DNA of 64,000 bases, taken from Bugula neritina. Taxonomy: Eukaryota > Animalia > Bryozoa. Under the pieces are notes generated by a model that was not told the DNA's origin, did not search any database, and saw only the letters and a list, made by a program, of their open reading frames with translations. Made by a program: the position numbers and the translations under genes. Shown piece by piece: positions 53,401 through 63,705 of the stretch. The first letter of the stretch is position 1; each line of letters starts with the position of its first letter. The stretch is taken from positions 8,301,408 through 8,365,407 of the forward strand of contig OZ037771.1 in the NCBI GenBank assembly GCA_964035545.1. Reading direction: 5' to 3'.

Positions 53401-56400
53401 CGGTGCGCCGGTATGTTACTTGGGAGCTAAGGAAGGAATCACAGCCAGCATCTATGTATACTGAAGACTCATTCACAATATTACCATATCTGCAACATAT
53501 AATATTATGTTATTCAAGCATTCACTGCTCCACAGAGTAGGTTTACATGGTTAGGATGCAACAAGACTTCTAGTAACAGTAAATTTCATTTCCTTTCTGG
53601 ACACAAAGTATTGGTAGGTTTGACAAGACAGTAACTTTCCAACCACAGAATTATTATATCCTTTCCACATCCCTGACCTAATCTACAGCAAGCTAATCTA
53701 TTGTTCTTCTAGGGATCTAAGTAACTTTAAATCTTAATATTCTTAACCTATAGTGAAGGTTGTAAAGGTGTTTATGCTGGCCACTAATTGCAACTATCTC
53801 TTAGAGCTAATCTCCAAAATGACTGACAACAGTGGTATTTAGTGAAATCACAAACAAAAACAGGAAAATCCACCTGTCTACTGTTTTTGCACACTGGTTC
53901 AAGTTATTACAGAAAATATTGTCAATAGACAAAAGGCATCAGGCAAAAGGCTGGGTATCATTGCATATCCATTAGTATATGCCAGATATTATGGTAGAAA
54001 GAAGAATAAGTTTAAATTCAGTTGGGGAAGTAAAAATATATAATTTTGATGTAAATCATTTAGTGCATGGAAATCGGCATAGGCTTTGAGATATTTCAGG
54101 TTCACTATTACGCCAGATCCTTGAATCATAAGTCTAACTTTAAAATAATATTATGATGTGCAGGTTTTTTCCCCAATTAGCTAAGAAAAAAGACAACTCT
54201 TTTACAACATACTGATGGATAGTTTCACTATTAAAGTGCAGAAATGCTGGCACATCAAAATTCTAAGTACTGGGAAATTCTCTCATCAAAGCCTAACATA
54301 ACAGACCCCTTCAATGATTATATAATAAAAACAGCAAAACATTATTTAATAAACAATGTATGTAATATTTTTAATCAGCAAACTGAAGGTGGAGGTGTGG
54401 TGGGATTGCCAAGTTATTTCAAGCAGGTACATGTACTGCATACTGTGCAAGAAAACAATGGAACCTACAAATTTTTATAACAAAACTAATGTGATTAAAA
54501 AAGCAGTCATCTAACTTTGCTTTAAACAAGTCCTTAAGTTCATTATTTGCCTCATTTGTTTGACACTTTGTTTAAAATGTTATGAATGTAAATACTGAGT
54601 GGTGATTAGTTTAATTGATAATTATTTCTATAATTTATAATTTCAATTGATTAGTCCCACCTGAGTTTATGAAATAAACAGAAAAACTTTGCCTTTAGTA
54701 TCCAACTGTTATGGAATAAACCAGCTGAATATGAACATGTAGTACTCTGTAAACACCCCCTCCCCTTCTCTGTACCATATCTGATCATGTGAGATATTCT
54801 ATGCAACAAAATAACGGTTGATTTGGTGGCAGGTGTTTTGTTGAAAGTTATTCTTATTACAAAGTAGTTTAGTTTTATGCCACACTCTCCCCTTTTTTCT
54901 GAAAACTTTGAGAAGTAGTTTAGATTATGTATTTATATTTATAGAATTCAACAAAATGGTGAATGCACTACCCGCCACCCGGCCTCAAACAGGTACTAAG
55001 GTGGTATTTATCTGATGACAGTATCAGTGACTAAATAGTTGATGTTTTTTTACCAGACAGTAAAACCTAACAGAAAGCTACCTAATTTAATGCTTTCACA
55101 GAAACAGTTTGTAGTGATACATCTTTGCTTATTTTAATTTATGAATCCATTTAGAAATTGGAAATAATAATAAAATAGTGTCGACAAGGTAGTAACTATA
55201 TTATATTAAGTTGTTCGAGCAGCTTTAGCAGACGAAGTAGCTTTACATATGGTCAGCAAATTAGTTCACAGTGACTCATTTACAGTATTACGACGCAGGT
55301 GAAGCATGTCCTAATAGCTATTGAAAAGCCTTCACTGTCTTCAGCTCTCACCAACTGCTAACAGTTAGAAAACTGGAGAAGCTTGTGCTTTGAATAACAG
55401 AAACCCTTATCTGGTCTTAGAAATTCCAATCAAATGGGTTAATTTGATATTCCTTCATTGTATAGCATGAAATACTGGGTGATTAGTTGAGACCCTTAGC
55501 TCTTGTTACAATTGTTTACTAACAATCACTGAGCATCTCTACGGATTATTTTCAAATTCAGCAATCTAATGTATATTGTTATTACTGCATTATTACCCCA
55601 TGTTTATATTTGAATTTAATAATTAGAATTGAAAAGACAGCCTCAAGTGTTGCATGAATCTTCAATCATAGACTTGGGACCAATAACTGCAGCGTAACCC
55701 TATTGTACGAGGCTGGCAATATGGCACCCTTGAGGAGAGAATAGGAAATGCCACAGTAACAGCAAGGTTTACATAAAGTTTCTTTCAACTATTGTGATTG
55801 AAAGGGCTTGCTAATATTTAATTTTATTCCTAACATAAATAATTGTGTGGGAATATTTTCAACCAATGGCGGCTGCAGGATGATACAACATTTTACCAGT
55901 TATATACGCTAACACAGCACTGCTGCTGCTGCTGCCAAAGCAAGAGAAGTAGAATGACTCAGCTGGAGATTTAGCTGGCTTATCTTTCAAGACAGCATGA
56001 AACTCAAAAACAGTGGCTTCAAAACTTTTTGCAACATTTAGGTGCAGTAATGGAGAAATTCTAATAGTCTAAAGTTTTTTTAATTTATCTTATGGGTTCG
56101 AGATGGAGGTTGAAAATATGATGAAAACATAACTTCTATTGTGATAATTGTCCTCTAGTAAAAATACTTTTCCCAATTTCTCCATTACTGCACCCGCACT
56201 TCCTTCGCAAGAAGTGACCCAACAGCAGCTAAGCATTGATTACAGGTCAGAAGAACATCAACAGAAGTGTGCAACAGTAAGAGTAACTGATGCACTGTTG
56301 ATAAATAAATCTCCGGATATATGAGACACTAGAATTTTGAGTGAGAATATAGAGGTCTTATAATATACACAACTGTATCACCTGATCTGTACAGCTACCT

Positions 56401-58525
56401 AATATGTCTAACTTACTCCTAATATTTATACAGATGAGACTGTAAAAGGTGAGAGGGTCTACCTATATCATCTATCTGACAAAGTTTGTGATATTAAGTA
56501 TTATATATATATAGCATGTCCTCCATGTATAGATTGATGAAGGCCACCATGATATTATGTATTCAACTCATGCATAGCCTACTATTTATGATCACCACAT
56601 GTGAGCTTCAGATTCAGATAAGGGGATTAATATGCTAGAGTTTACACCCCCTAATACAGGTGGATAAACTTTCCTGGACACCACTGCATTACTGTGCCCC
56701 CTGCTATACAGCCATGTGTAAAAAACATCAATTACTACCTTTAACGTAAACTAGATAAATGTAAATTGTATAGCAAGGGGTGTAAACCCAGAGGTAGGGA
56801 TGGGTAGTGTAAACCTAAGGAGTGTAGTTAAATTATAGAATTGGGGGTGTAGATTAAGGAATGTGTAAGAAATGTAGAATTAAGTGGTGTAGAGTCAAGG
56901 AGTATAGAGTTAAAAAGTGTAACTTGTCAGTTAGTGTTTATTTGGAAATAAAAGACACTCAGAGTGGTGATTTCATTGCTGAAAATAATGTTGGTGTATG
57001 TTTATAGTTTTTATTGATTATGATTGTGGTTTGAGGATAACGATGATGTTGATTGCTGCATGTAGACTGCTGACCACAGATGCAATATAATTGCTAAGAT
57101 AGACAGATAAAGTAATAGAAACAGCTATTAGGAATGGTAATTAAGGACAGTCAGCATTTGGCAATCTGATATAAAAAGGGTGATGGGTGCATTTGGGTTC
57201 AAGCACAAGTATCAGAGACTGCATTTTAATGTCACTGACTGTATTCATCAATTAAACTTAATTGCATATGCCATGATACAGTAAAAAATGATTATATTAA
57301 ACTGTCTTTCTGGTATATACATGCTGGCATTGTCATATCAGTGCAAAAATGAGTTTCTGGTACAGAATTGCAGCTTTTTTCTAATTGTGCAAGTGCTGGC
57401 CAAACTTTGTACCACTAAAATTCTTCTGACTGAAATAAAGCAACCAGACTTCAAACTCAAACACCAAATTAATAATCATAAATCTCTGCTGCACCTAGAA
57501 TTTTTCTAATATTTTATTTAAAACCCTGTTTTCAGATTATATATTTAGTAGAGTAGCAAAAAATAATCTCAACAATTGAAATTTCGCCAGCAGATTTTGT
57601 ATTTCTTACCCCAGCAAAATGTGAAACTTGCAAAAAAATAAGAGGCAAAGTTGTTAACCAAGGTCATTCTAAGGTATTATGAAGCTCCTAATCCTATGTA
57701 GCTTCCTTGGTTGTCACCAAATTGTTTCAACACTTGTAATGTCTATTGCATACAATTTCAGTAATCACTTTCACTTTGCAGTATCAACACTCTGGCTGTG
57801 AATCTTTAAACTCCACTTACGACTGCTGGTCAGGGAAGAAAAATAAATTTATGTAAATTTATTTAAATGAATTTCACAAAGCTACAACTAAATTGGACTG
57901 ATGTGCTCACTGTTATTAGTAACTGCATGATTAGGTTAAGGTTTATATCTAAGTGAACTTACCTTGGCCAAGTGTAGGGGGCAGCCCCATTGAGCACAGA
58001 TATGCTACATTCTTCTCTACTTCGATTATAGAGAAATGCAAGGTTAGAGCTGGAAATAGGATTAGAGAAATCACTGGGATCTCCGGCTGTTAGTCCTAGA
58101 TTACGAACAATACAATTGAAAGGAGAACTGCTCGCAGGTGAAATGTCCACCTTGAGGTAAACAGGAAGAGAGATTCTCTCTGACTCGTTAGTAAAGTATG
58201 TAACCAGTAACTTCACAGCAGTGTGGTTAAGCAAGGAAGAGCCGTAGTGTTCATAGAATACAGATCCTTCTTTATAGTTACAAGAGAACTGGGATGGAAA
58301 CAGGCGACCTATGCGGCTGTTGAAGGATGTCTCTTCATATAAGACTTTCACTGAGCAGTCACTACTTTGGCTTCCTGGTTTTATCCTTAAATCAGACTTC
58401 TGGATGTAAGTTGTTTGTCCAAAGTTTGCAGACAAAGGTCCACTGTTTCGTATTACCTCGCTATGGCAGCATATGAAAGTGCTGACTAAGATGAGAGATA
58501 GTATAAATAGACATTTGAACTCCAT
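8299..58525 (-). CDS. FREM2: FRAS1-related extracellular matrix protein 2 / ECM3-like, 48 coding exons, about 3063 aa
   Basis: Hand-spliced exons, all GT-AG, phases consistent, total 9192 nt: 58525-57963, 53489-53259, 49032-48911, 48134-48038, 47471-47320, 46850-46600, 45960-45839, 45617-45439, 45042-44878, 44782-44643, 44051-43874, 43663-43466, 43133-42945, 42356-42231, 41069-40897, 40259-39965, 39561-39338, 31521-31333, 30919-30766, 30473-30335, 29609-29442, 29040-28818, 28607-28416, 27218-27000, 26464-26227, 25929-25693, 25323-25184, 24930-24769, 24412-24191, 23999-23806, 23699-23515, 23070-22825, 22534-22391, 22060-21878, 21791-21703, 21538-21347, 21063-20856, 20354-20190, 19939-19774, 19402-19168, 19082-18886, 18163-17920, 13082-12852, 11088-10984, 10667-10557, 9939-9793, 9249-9141, 8651-8299. 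Signal peptide [22 protein letters not shown]; CSPG repeats (FTQxDL..G.V.Y.H.G, DxF.F.VxDG, PVNDxxP); Calx-beta repeats; TM; C-terminal NSEI. Confidence 0.93.
9370..9584. mobile_element. Palindromic non-autonomous element with a CCAAAC-rich core
   Basis: Arms GTAAAAATGG..TGGCACAAATGGAAAAGTAGGTAAAA and TTTTACCTATTTTGCCATTTGTGCCA..CCATTTTTAC around degenerate CCCAAAC repeats. Confidence 0.55.
11180..11495. repeat. 30-bp (2x15) minisatellite CACTGTATATACATGCACTGTATACACTTA
   Basis: About 10 degenerate tandem units; source of several spurious ORFs. Confidence 0.9.
13299..13774 (+). repeat. 5' LTR (476 bp)
   Basis: Starts TGTTTCAGTAGC, ends GCTGACACA; direct repeat of 17254-17729. Confidence 0.96.
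13815..17036 (+). CDS. Bel/Pao Gag-aspartic protease polyprotein with internally deleted pol (1073 aa)
   Basis: N-terminal coiled coil; DUF1759-type Gag ([14 protein letters not shown]); Bel/Pao zinc-knuckle cluster (CLIH...[33 protein letters not shown]); protease [13 protein letters not shown] and VDILIGLD; RNase H C-terminal remnant [16 protein letters not shown]; DUF5641-like tail remnant. No YxDD RT motif and no integrase HHCC/DDE core. Confidence 0.9.
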   Translation: MEDKEEIVQLKLQRSKLKTRITSLSKQLSTNSNSSDLELFQQLYRQLNEAYSEFNDIHASYCELVEADDKYEEYRVVSSLDLNAYYDVVKQTYDEAVTAFNRVKLKLVEYDIEFACTTAKQMLHESSDCDILNEHIILCKELSKKYFDIVGQIHVDLRNVILEMQTSFRARVNISHLPVSRNSSSTVLSGTDNGHAAQDRLGRGGVRDVAGVSFGGALQPEQTPTDDNLNKYPVNKDEQVDYSYLANNSASKLQSPRYAIPSRDLTSKRFSIVSAYAGYEPPPLNLSLSKSQRESNEPVNREHACNSKFKKYPPPTFSGIRREWPEFRTVWRRYAAFEFQTEEERAAALRSSLSGAAFDCIKSIYSHQPNAYERQWDKLERKYSDVSLCVQSVYDELSRLKPILSEDHRALVQFVDEIEQCYSQLAEIGQTSAITMSHIDELVDKLPNSIKEQWCEIYESLSVECKVHPLPSFMGFMEDRRRTVSRLAERQTYINENKTYVVKQNKSHARTLTFHTKSQSDSQNCLIHVQAKHSTVECKVFHGMSMDDRFKLVKTNRACFRCFGAHRRKDCKSKNSCSNCNDNYHHSLLCNRQKDHAKVENACHKAVGKIVNNHLVQPTVEEIIFPVQEVPVEGLSATALLMYDSGSNSSYISFDAAQRVQAKPVKSDISLNIAVLGGKAKSLKTKLYEVKLINQEGKTERVTAYGIDNITSPVKLPNNTKIAKIFPDIDLRLLYRKSSTVDILIGLDNAHIMPERTVVKTEQGLRIMENTFGIMLQGPMTDSIRSSSRCNVTQIEGSDRVSHGARKLQVQNNVNAHENLEVLKEILPEYYLQSCSESEPGDSSEVSQSVSGTSSSQPPESQLGLSQMKQEEGEGDAEHPTNLLLQTLDSLADEHDLQSDDSNQPVIPSTVEIDKSNKPLNYEENTAQMFTSFWKCKSFPKEPEVKLKEITPQEPRQQKVFTNPVYDKSQASTARHFYKAKIGKIQIATEGNVNEWWWIKSNSNLADWVSRKLKIIVATPSDHRESWKCSGSSRQFQYNTKHLELALGWSSYRVQRGLVIHAVQNLALLVSVD
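17254..17729 (+). repeat. 3' LTR (476 bp)
   Basis: Identical by eye to 13299-13774; followed by TSD CCATG. Confidence 0.96.
19656..19706 (+). mobile_element. 51-bp insertion, probably the 3' end of a 5'-truncated non-LTR element
   Basis: Perfect 15-bp flanking direct repeat TTAGAAGAGAGTTAA (19641-19655, 19707-19721); insert ends in tandem GTGAGAA. Confidence 0.5.
21347..25770 (-). CDS. FREM2: FREM2-like five Calx-beta repeats, exons 26-36
   Basis: V.E..G.....V.R.GD, FxPG(E/Q), I.DD...EG.E.F motifs recur five times (e.g. [29 protein letters not shown]). Confidence 0.88.
23197..23335 (+). mobile_element. MITE with asymmetric termini and 8-bp TSD
   Basis: CATTTAGGAGCAGT...ACTGCACCTACCTC flanked by AAGCTATG at 23189-23196 and 23336-23343. 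Confidence 0.8.
25693..49032 (-). CDS. FREM2: FREM2-like CSPG (Cadherin_3) repeat region, exons 3-26
   Basis: Recurring motifs such as [58 protein letters not shown] and LPVDNTPP. Confidence 0.9.
29096..29310 (+). mobile_element. tRNA-derived SINE, same family
   Basis: GGGAGCAGCCGTGGTCTATGGGTTAGAGC...GGTTCGAGCC...GGCCATTGGTGATGTTAGGAAGAGCATCCAGTCATAATTGCTCCTGTGCC; degenerate TSD ATAGATACA(C/A)TAA(T/C)TA. Confidence 0.85.
30050..30320. repeat. TACAGTACACAC-type minisatellite (12-bp core)
   Basis: Degenerate tandem units directly next to the FREM2 exon 20 donor. Confidence 0.85.
31155..31199 (-). mobile_element. Fragment of the same MITE family
   Basis: AATTAGAGAACTTAGGCTATCTC...CTACTGCTCCTAAATG matches the left end of the 23197 copy in reverse complement. 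Confidence 0.55.
34035..34440. mobile_element. Non-autonomous hAT (Charlie-like) element with a triplicated right end
   Basis: Ends CAAAGGTGTCTAAC / GTTGCACAGCCCTG; degenerate 8-bp TSD TGTTAGAG/CATTAGAG; GGGCCG subterminal motifs. Confidence 0.6.
35343..37304 (+). CDS. Nested Ly6/uPAR (three-finger, quiver/sleepless-like) GPI-anchored protein, 4 exons, 166 aa
   Basis: Exons 35343-35391, 35496-35581, 36323-36417 and 37034-37304 join in phase (1,0,2): [117 protein letters not shown]...[28 protein letters not shown]. Ten LU-pattern cysteines (CxxC...CxCxxxxCN), Ser/Thr stalk and a hydrophobic GPI-type tail. The first (signal) exon is less certain than the other three. Confidence 0.88.
35582..35897 (+). 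repeat. 22-bp minisatellite; each unit carries GTAAGT or GTGAGT
   Basis: Unit GTAAGTACATAGCAACAATAG(T/G); GT at 35582, 35604, 35626 ... 35868, 35889. Confidence 0.95.
36835..36995. repeat. 14-bp minisatellite AGTATGACACATAC
   Basis: About 11 tandem units in the last intron of the Ly6 gene. Confidence 0.9.
37417..37670. repeat. (GT)n followed by long (TA)n microsatellite
   Basis: Directly visible. Confidence 0.95.
38380..38462. repeat. (TA)n microsatellite
   Basis: About 40 TA units. Confidence 0.95.
46170..46545 (+). mobile_element. Degenerate SINE copy interrupted by a MITE
   Basis: SINE head at 46170-46275; body resumes after 46453 and ends GACTATAAACATATGTG. Confidence 0.65.
46276..46445 (-). 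mobile_element. Same MITE family, inserted in a SINE
   Basis: GAGGTAGGTGCAGT...CTGCTCCTAAATG flanked by AATTGCTG at 46268-46275 and 46446-46453. Confidence 0.8.
47534..47910. mobile_element. MITE-like element with 15-bp terminal inverted repeats
   Basis: GTAGGGGTAACCAGG ... CCTGGTTACCTCTAC (14/15 complementary). Confidence 0.55.
50001..50430. repeat. 32-bp minisatellite TCTACAGCACTGTAGTATTGTAGCATTGTACG
   Basis: About 13 tandem units, highly homogeneous in the centre. Confidence 0.95.
51865..52073 (-). mobile_element. tRNA-derived SINE, same family
   Basis: Reverse-complement match to the 29096 copy, including A/B boxes and the GACTATAAACTTGTGTGAGTTT tail. Confidence 0.85.
56035..56202 (+). 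mobile_element. Same MITE family, older copy
   Basis: CATTTAGGTGCAGTAATGGAGAAATT...AATTTCTCCATTACTGCACC; degenerate TSD TTTTGCAA/CTTCGCAA. Confidence 0.65.
57963..58525 (-). CDS. FREM2: FREM2-like first coding exon: signal peptide and N-terminal NV/Frem_N region
   Basis: ATG at 58525; hydrophobic leader; [24 protein letters not shown] resembles the FREM N-terminal motif G.L.P..F.C.F....V.Y.H.G; GTAAGT donor after 57963; upstream acceptor at 58611-58612. Confidence 0.88.
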
Positions 58526-58731
58526 GGTTATTTTGTCTTTGTTGTAAAAATTCACACTGTCCCAGCAAGAAATTATTGAAACAAATTTTTGCTTAAATTT
58601 GTTAAATAATCTGAAACAGAGTTAAAATACTCTGGTTACCTAAAATACTGAAAAAATTAAACTTGAGAGAAATGCTGTAGCAAGTTCCAAGCTTCAGACT
58701 AGGTTTCGTGAGTTGTACTTGTTGAACTTAC

Positions 58732-58850
58732 TGAAACTCAATCACGTTTTATCCCCTCAATTGTGAGTACAAAGTCAACGTCGGTGATCTCCGAGTAAAA
58801 GTATCACTGTTGCTTTGCATTTACTTGTACATCTAATAACCTATATACAC
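58732..58850 (-). promoter_or_regulatory. Candidate FREM2 non-coding first exon and core promoter
   Basis: Minus-strand GTAAGT donor at 58731-58726 would pair with the acceptor at 58611-58612; TATA-like TATATAG at about 58847-58841. Confidence 0.3.
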
Positions 58851-60889
58851 TGACATAGCAAAAGTATGTGTCCGAAACCTCAGCTCCAAGTGTATTAGTG
58901 CAGCACTAATATATTACTTTAAAAGTGTTAGTAGAAAAAGTTAACGAAGTTCAATAATCATGAAAATAATTGTTAAAGCTGCAAACTTTTTGAGATAAAC
59001 TCAACACTTCACTTGTAGTATAACGAGAATTAACGTTTTAGTTCTTCTTCATGTTTGTAGCATAGAATTAGCGTACAAAAAGTTATTCAGTAATATTAAT
59101 AACGTAAGAGGGTTCTCGTAATCTCCTGCGCTGTCTCTTTCAAATCTAAATACCGTGCTTGATGAGTTGATTATTATCTCAGAGATTTCGCGTGCTAACC
59201 ACGTGCACAATATTTCATTGACCTTTAACCTGCACATTTTATGAAGAAGACAACTTCGACTTCTAATCATTGAAGCTCATAACTGCAGAATAACTGAGGT
59301 CTATAATTATTATTAATTATTGAGAGACACAAAAAGAATTTTGCACTTTTACACCATGCAGATGGAGCAGAGACATGATTCTCACCACATTTAAAAATTA
59401 TCATAATGATTGAAGCCCGTGTATTCTTTACTTATCATCACTTCACAAGCAAACAATTTGTACATTTGAGCAATAAAAATAATTTTACTTATACAACTGA
59501 AATCATGTACAACTAATACATGCATATAAAATGTATGAACATACGAAATACCCATAACTGCATGCAAGACTTTTCATAGCTTGGTCAAGTTTGTGACATT
59601 ATGATGTGTAAAATGGCTGCAGAGTATTTTACATGGTCATATGCCAGATATATGGTAAGCATGCCGAATCTGTAATGAAAACCACAAGCTTTTAAACTAC
59701 TGCTTTCAATTAGTTTTACAAAGTTATTACTAGTCTCAAGTCTGAAGAAATGGCTTTTTTTCAAATAATTGCTAACTTTTTTTCAATCTATTATCAATGA
59801 GAATAAAGTAACAGTTTTTGCCATCTCAAAAACAATGTTGTAAAAATACTCTCCTTCCTTTCTCAACTCTGATACAAAGTAGCCTATAAGAGAATATAAT
59901 ATACCTATAAAGTTCTTTTTTTTATCTATTGGGTGTTATAGCCAAAATATATCTTCTGCTTAGGGTTGATCAAAGAGTATAACTGTGATGACCAGCTCTG
60001 TACATGATAGCTAGACAAACTTTTCAAAGTTTTTTGCTTCTTGCTCTCATGTAGCTGTATGCATTTCAACTTGAGTAATTATCTATATTTACAGTTCCTA
60101 TCAAATTTACATTATTATAAAGGCCTTTATTACCATGCAACAATCTATTCAGTGTACAATTGTAAGTGTTACCATTGTCATATAATTGTCTTTGAGTGCA
60201 TACAGTAAATAATAAAATTGGTGGTGATTACTTAAGTTATATAATGTCACATCTGACCCCCTTGCAGACAAAAAAGACCTTTAACTGTAACTGGTCAAGC
60301 CATGTATTCTGCAGTAGCATTCTACTGATGTCCCTTATAATGGAAAGTTTGCCACATTTCAAAATAAAGCATAACATGTTATATGATCTGGAAGTGAAAC
60401 AGGCTATAAACATTTGTGTTTCCAACTAGTAGGCTATGGTCTCTCGGTAGTAGCAAAGAAGAAAACAAACCTTTACAGTGTAAACTCTTTTTTAGCAACA
60501 ATGGTAATAGAAATTGGCTTTTTTATTTAGCCATATATATCATGATCTCTTTTTAGTAGTACAAACAGACATACCTGCACTTTAAATTTAAATAGAACGC
60601 TTCAACACACTGAGAAGCAACAAAATGTGTTGGACTATTAATACAACAATAACAGCTATAATAAAAAACAAAAAGTCTTAGAGCACTAGTAGTTTAGTAC
60701 TAAAAGAACAAGGACAGCTTCAACTTTGTGTTTGGTAGAAAAAAGTCCTATAAAATTAGGGAAGCTTCAACTTTATTGTCACATTTTTAGTTGATATACA
60801 CATATTTTCTGTTTGATTAGCACACATTAAAGGTACTTTGTTACAGTTTATAACAGCTATAAACTGCTAAAAGAACATTGCTAAGTGAT

Positions 60890-61090
60890 AAGTGATGACG
60901 TTCCTATCGGTGTCTGCTCGCCGGACCATTCAACAGTTGAGATGCGGGTTTGGTATCACGTGCAAACGATCAGTCGCTAACAAATAAACATAGAATGAGT
61001 ATTTGCTTTTTCATTTGGCGGGAAATAGTAAATCCAGCAGCTTCAGTTTATGTTCATTAACAAGGCAATCTGATTGGTTAGTGGGGCATT
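60890..61090. promoter_or_regulatory. CpG-enriched motif cluster (E2F, E-box, CCAAT); candidate NPAT promoter
   Basis: TGACGT at about 60896, CACGTG 60957-60962, TTTGGCGGGAAA 61014-61025, ATTGG 61073-61077; lies between the divergent FREM2 and NPAT starts. Could instead be transposon-derived. Confidence 0.35.
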
Positions 61091-61707
61091 ACTTCTAATA
61101 ATTAGTACTATTACTACTAGTGGTAGCACGACTACTTGGTTAAATAATGATAATTATTGAGCACATTAAATTCAATTATGGTATAATAAATACGCTGCTG
61201 TTACAGTTATAAAGATATACAAATACTGTAAAATATTTTGTTTTGTCACTAATACTAAGTATCATACTTGTACTAATAGTAATTAATGGTAATACTTTGA
61301 CCAAAACTAACTTTGAGAAAGAGTCAGTGTTACTCTACTCTTACTCTTAGTCTTACAGTTAGTGTTACAGTTAGACTTAGAGTTAGTGTTACATTTATTT
61401 TCAACGACAACTGTAAATTCGTTAAAGTTAACAATATCAAATTCAATATGAATATCAATGTGTAAGTTTAACTTTAACTTTAAGTTTGACATTATCATTA
61501 TGATTATGATTATTAAAGTTAATATTATCATTATGATTATCATGAAGTGATTAGCATTATGATTATGAATATCAATATGAATTATTGCTAGTGCTACTGT
61601 ACTAATAGCTAGTAGCAGTGCTAGTAGTAGTAGCCAGTACTAGTACTAGTAGAGCTAGAAGACAAAAGTCAATGAATTTATCACCAACTTAAAAGTAAAA
61701 CTAAAAA

Positions 61708-61824
61708 GGAGCAACCATGGTCTAAGGATTCGAGCATTGCCATTGGCTTAGTAAACCCGAGGTCATGGGTTTGAACCTCAGTAAAGGCCATTGGTGATTG
61801 GTGATGTTAGGAAGAGCATCCAGT
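61708..61824 (+). mobile_element. 3'-truncated SINE copy, same family
   Basis: GGAGCAACCATGGTCTAAGG...GGGTTTGAACC...GGCCATTGGTGA...GTTAGGAAGAGCATCCAGTC. Confidence 0.75.
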
Positions 61825-63193
61825 CTTCTTTTATTTAGTTTTACTAATACTATTATTATTACTATTAATATTGTATTTATTTATTGTACTGTTGGCCTAG
61901 TAGTAGTACTAGTAACTATGATAGTTTAAAATCATTGTAAATATTTGTCTCAAAGATTGACAGTCAAACTCAATGGCAATGAGTTTTTCTTGTCATAAGA
62001 TAAAATTAATGCTCAAGTTTAGTGGTGAAATTTGAAAGTTTAAGACTGCAAGTCCTGCTTTCATTCTCTTAACAATTGGTTACTAATACTTAACACTTGA
62101 TGTAATGTAACTCTTAAAGTTAAACTAATAATAATCATAATTGTTTATGAAACTGGTGTTAGAGTCACAGTGTAAGTAAGAGTTAGAATGAGTCTGAAAT
62201 CAAGGGCCGACTAAAAGACTAATCTTATATATAAGTAATAAATTTTAAATCCTATCAAATATTTTTGTTTTCTTTCCCAATTCCAAGTCAATTCCAAAAT
62301 TTTACAATGGCAATGAATAATTTAAAATCTTTAATTATTCTCAAAACTATTATTTTAATTCGTTCTCATTGTAAATGCTAATATTGATGTTATATCTGTT
62401 GTGGTATTTTAATACTAATAGACATTAAGAATTCTTGATATTAGGCTACTAATGTTAATAACATTGCAATTATAGTTATATATTCACAACTTGACAAATT
62501 AATAAAATAATGCTAATACTATGGGTATAGTTTAGAGCATAATTTATTAATAAAGGCTGCTATGTCATAAGAAGACTGTGAAAAAAGTTTTGGCAAAAGG
62601 GTTTGAAAAAAAATTAATTGCATGTTAAATATAAATTAACTAAAAACCATTATTGTGATTTTTTTATTGTAGTTCTTATTATTTAGTAGTGCTTATTGTT
62701 GGCAGCAGCCAATAATGTCCTCCTACAGATTGGCAAATATTTGGCTATCTGTAGGTGAACATTAATTACTGTTCCCTATGTTGTTATCATTAGTCAACAC
62801 TTTTAATCTTGACCCTCCAGCTAACTACCTTCAAGTATACAAAGGTGCAGGGACCATACTATGATATTGTGCTCAGTCAAACCTTAAACACTTGTGCTCT
62901 ATTACGGTAACACTGAATGCATCTTCATGTTTTCACCTAAAACCAACAGTTGTGAGAACTAAAATTATTACAATGACAACATAAGCATCTTTTTTACTGT
63001 GAGTAATACCAAGTTACCATATTTAATAGGACTTCTACAATAAAATTAATTTAAATATTGTTTAAATTTGAGGACATTGGGTTATTTGATATTGTTAGCG
63101 TGTCCACTTTTTGATAATTTTATGTTTTATATTTTTAATACTATTTTTGTAGACAAAGATTTAATATTCTAGATTTTCTGATATAATTTCTTC

Positions 63194-63705
63194 ATGGATG
63201 GTGGATTGAAGACTACATTTTTACCATCAGAGGTGGCCAGGCTTGTACTGGGTATGCTACTCATTTTATAAAGATGTATCTTAGTGTGAGGCTGGTCTAT
63301 ATGATAGAATGGTATAAAACTGGTAGAAGTCTGTAGTGTGCTGGTTTAAAATTATCATTATATTATTAGATAAATCTCGCTCACTAGTGTCACAACAGAG
63401 TAGAAGAATTGTAGTGGTACATTGTATAGCTGTAGTGATCTGATGTAGAGCTGTAGTGATGTTATGTAGAACTGGGGTGTAATAAAAGAGTGTAGGTATG
63501 TATTTCGTTACATTCTTATATCACAGTAACTCACGTCTAGGGTATCTGAAGGAACAGCTGTGCACCAAAGCTGCGGAGTCGTTCCTCCGAGACTGCATTC
63601 ATTTGGCAGAGTACCGAAGCATGTTGGCTCAAGGGTTTTCCGCCCCTCTCACTATTGGTGGCAATGGCTTGGTTGAAATGCTCTGCCACTGTGACATCTA
63701 TTCAT
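63194..63705 (+). CDS. NPAT: NPAT-like protein, N-terminal LisH exons (gene continues beyond the window)
   Basis: Exons 63194-63251 and 63541-63705 give MDGGLKTTFLPSEVARLVLGYLKEQLCTKAAESFLRDCIHLAEYRSMLAQGF...IGGNGLVEML, matching the NPAT N-terminus pattern LLPSDVARLVLGYL..E.....F..ES..L.EY. Confidence 0.85.
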
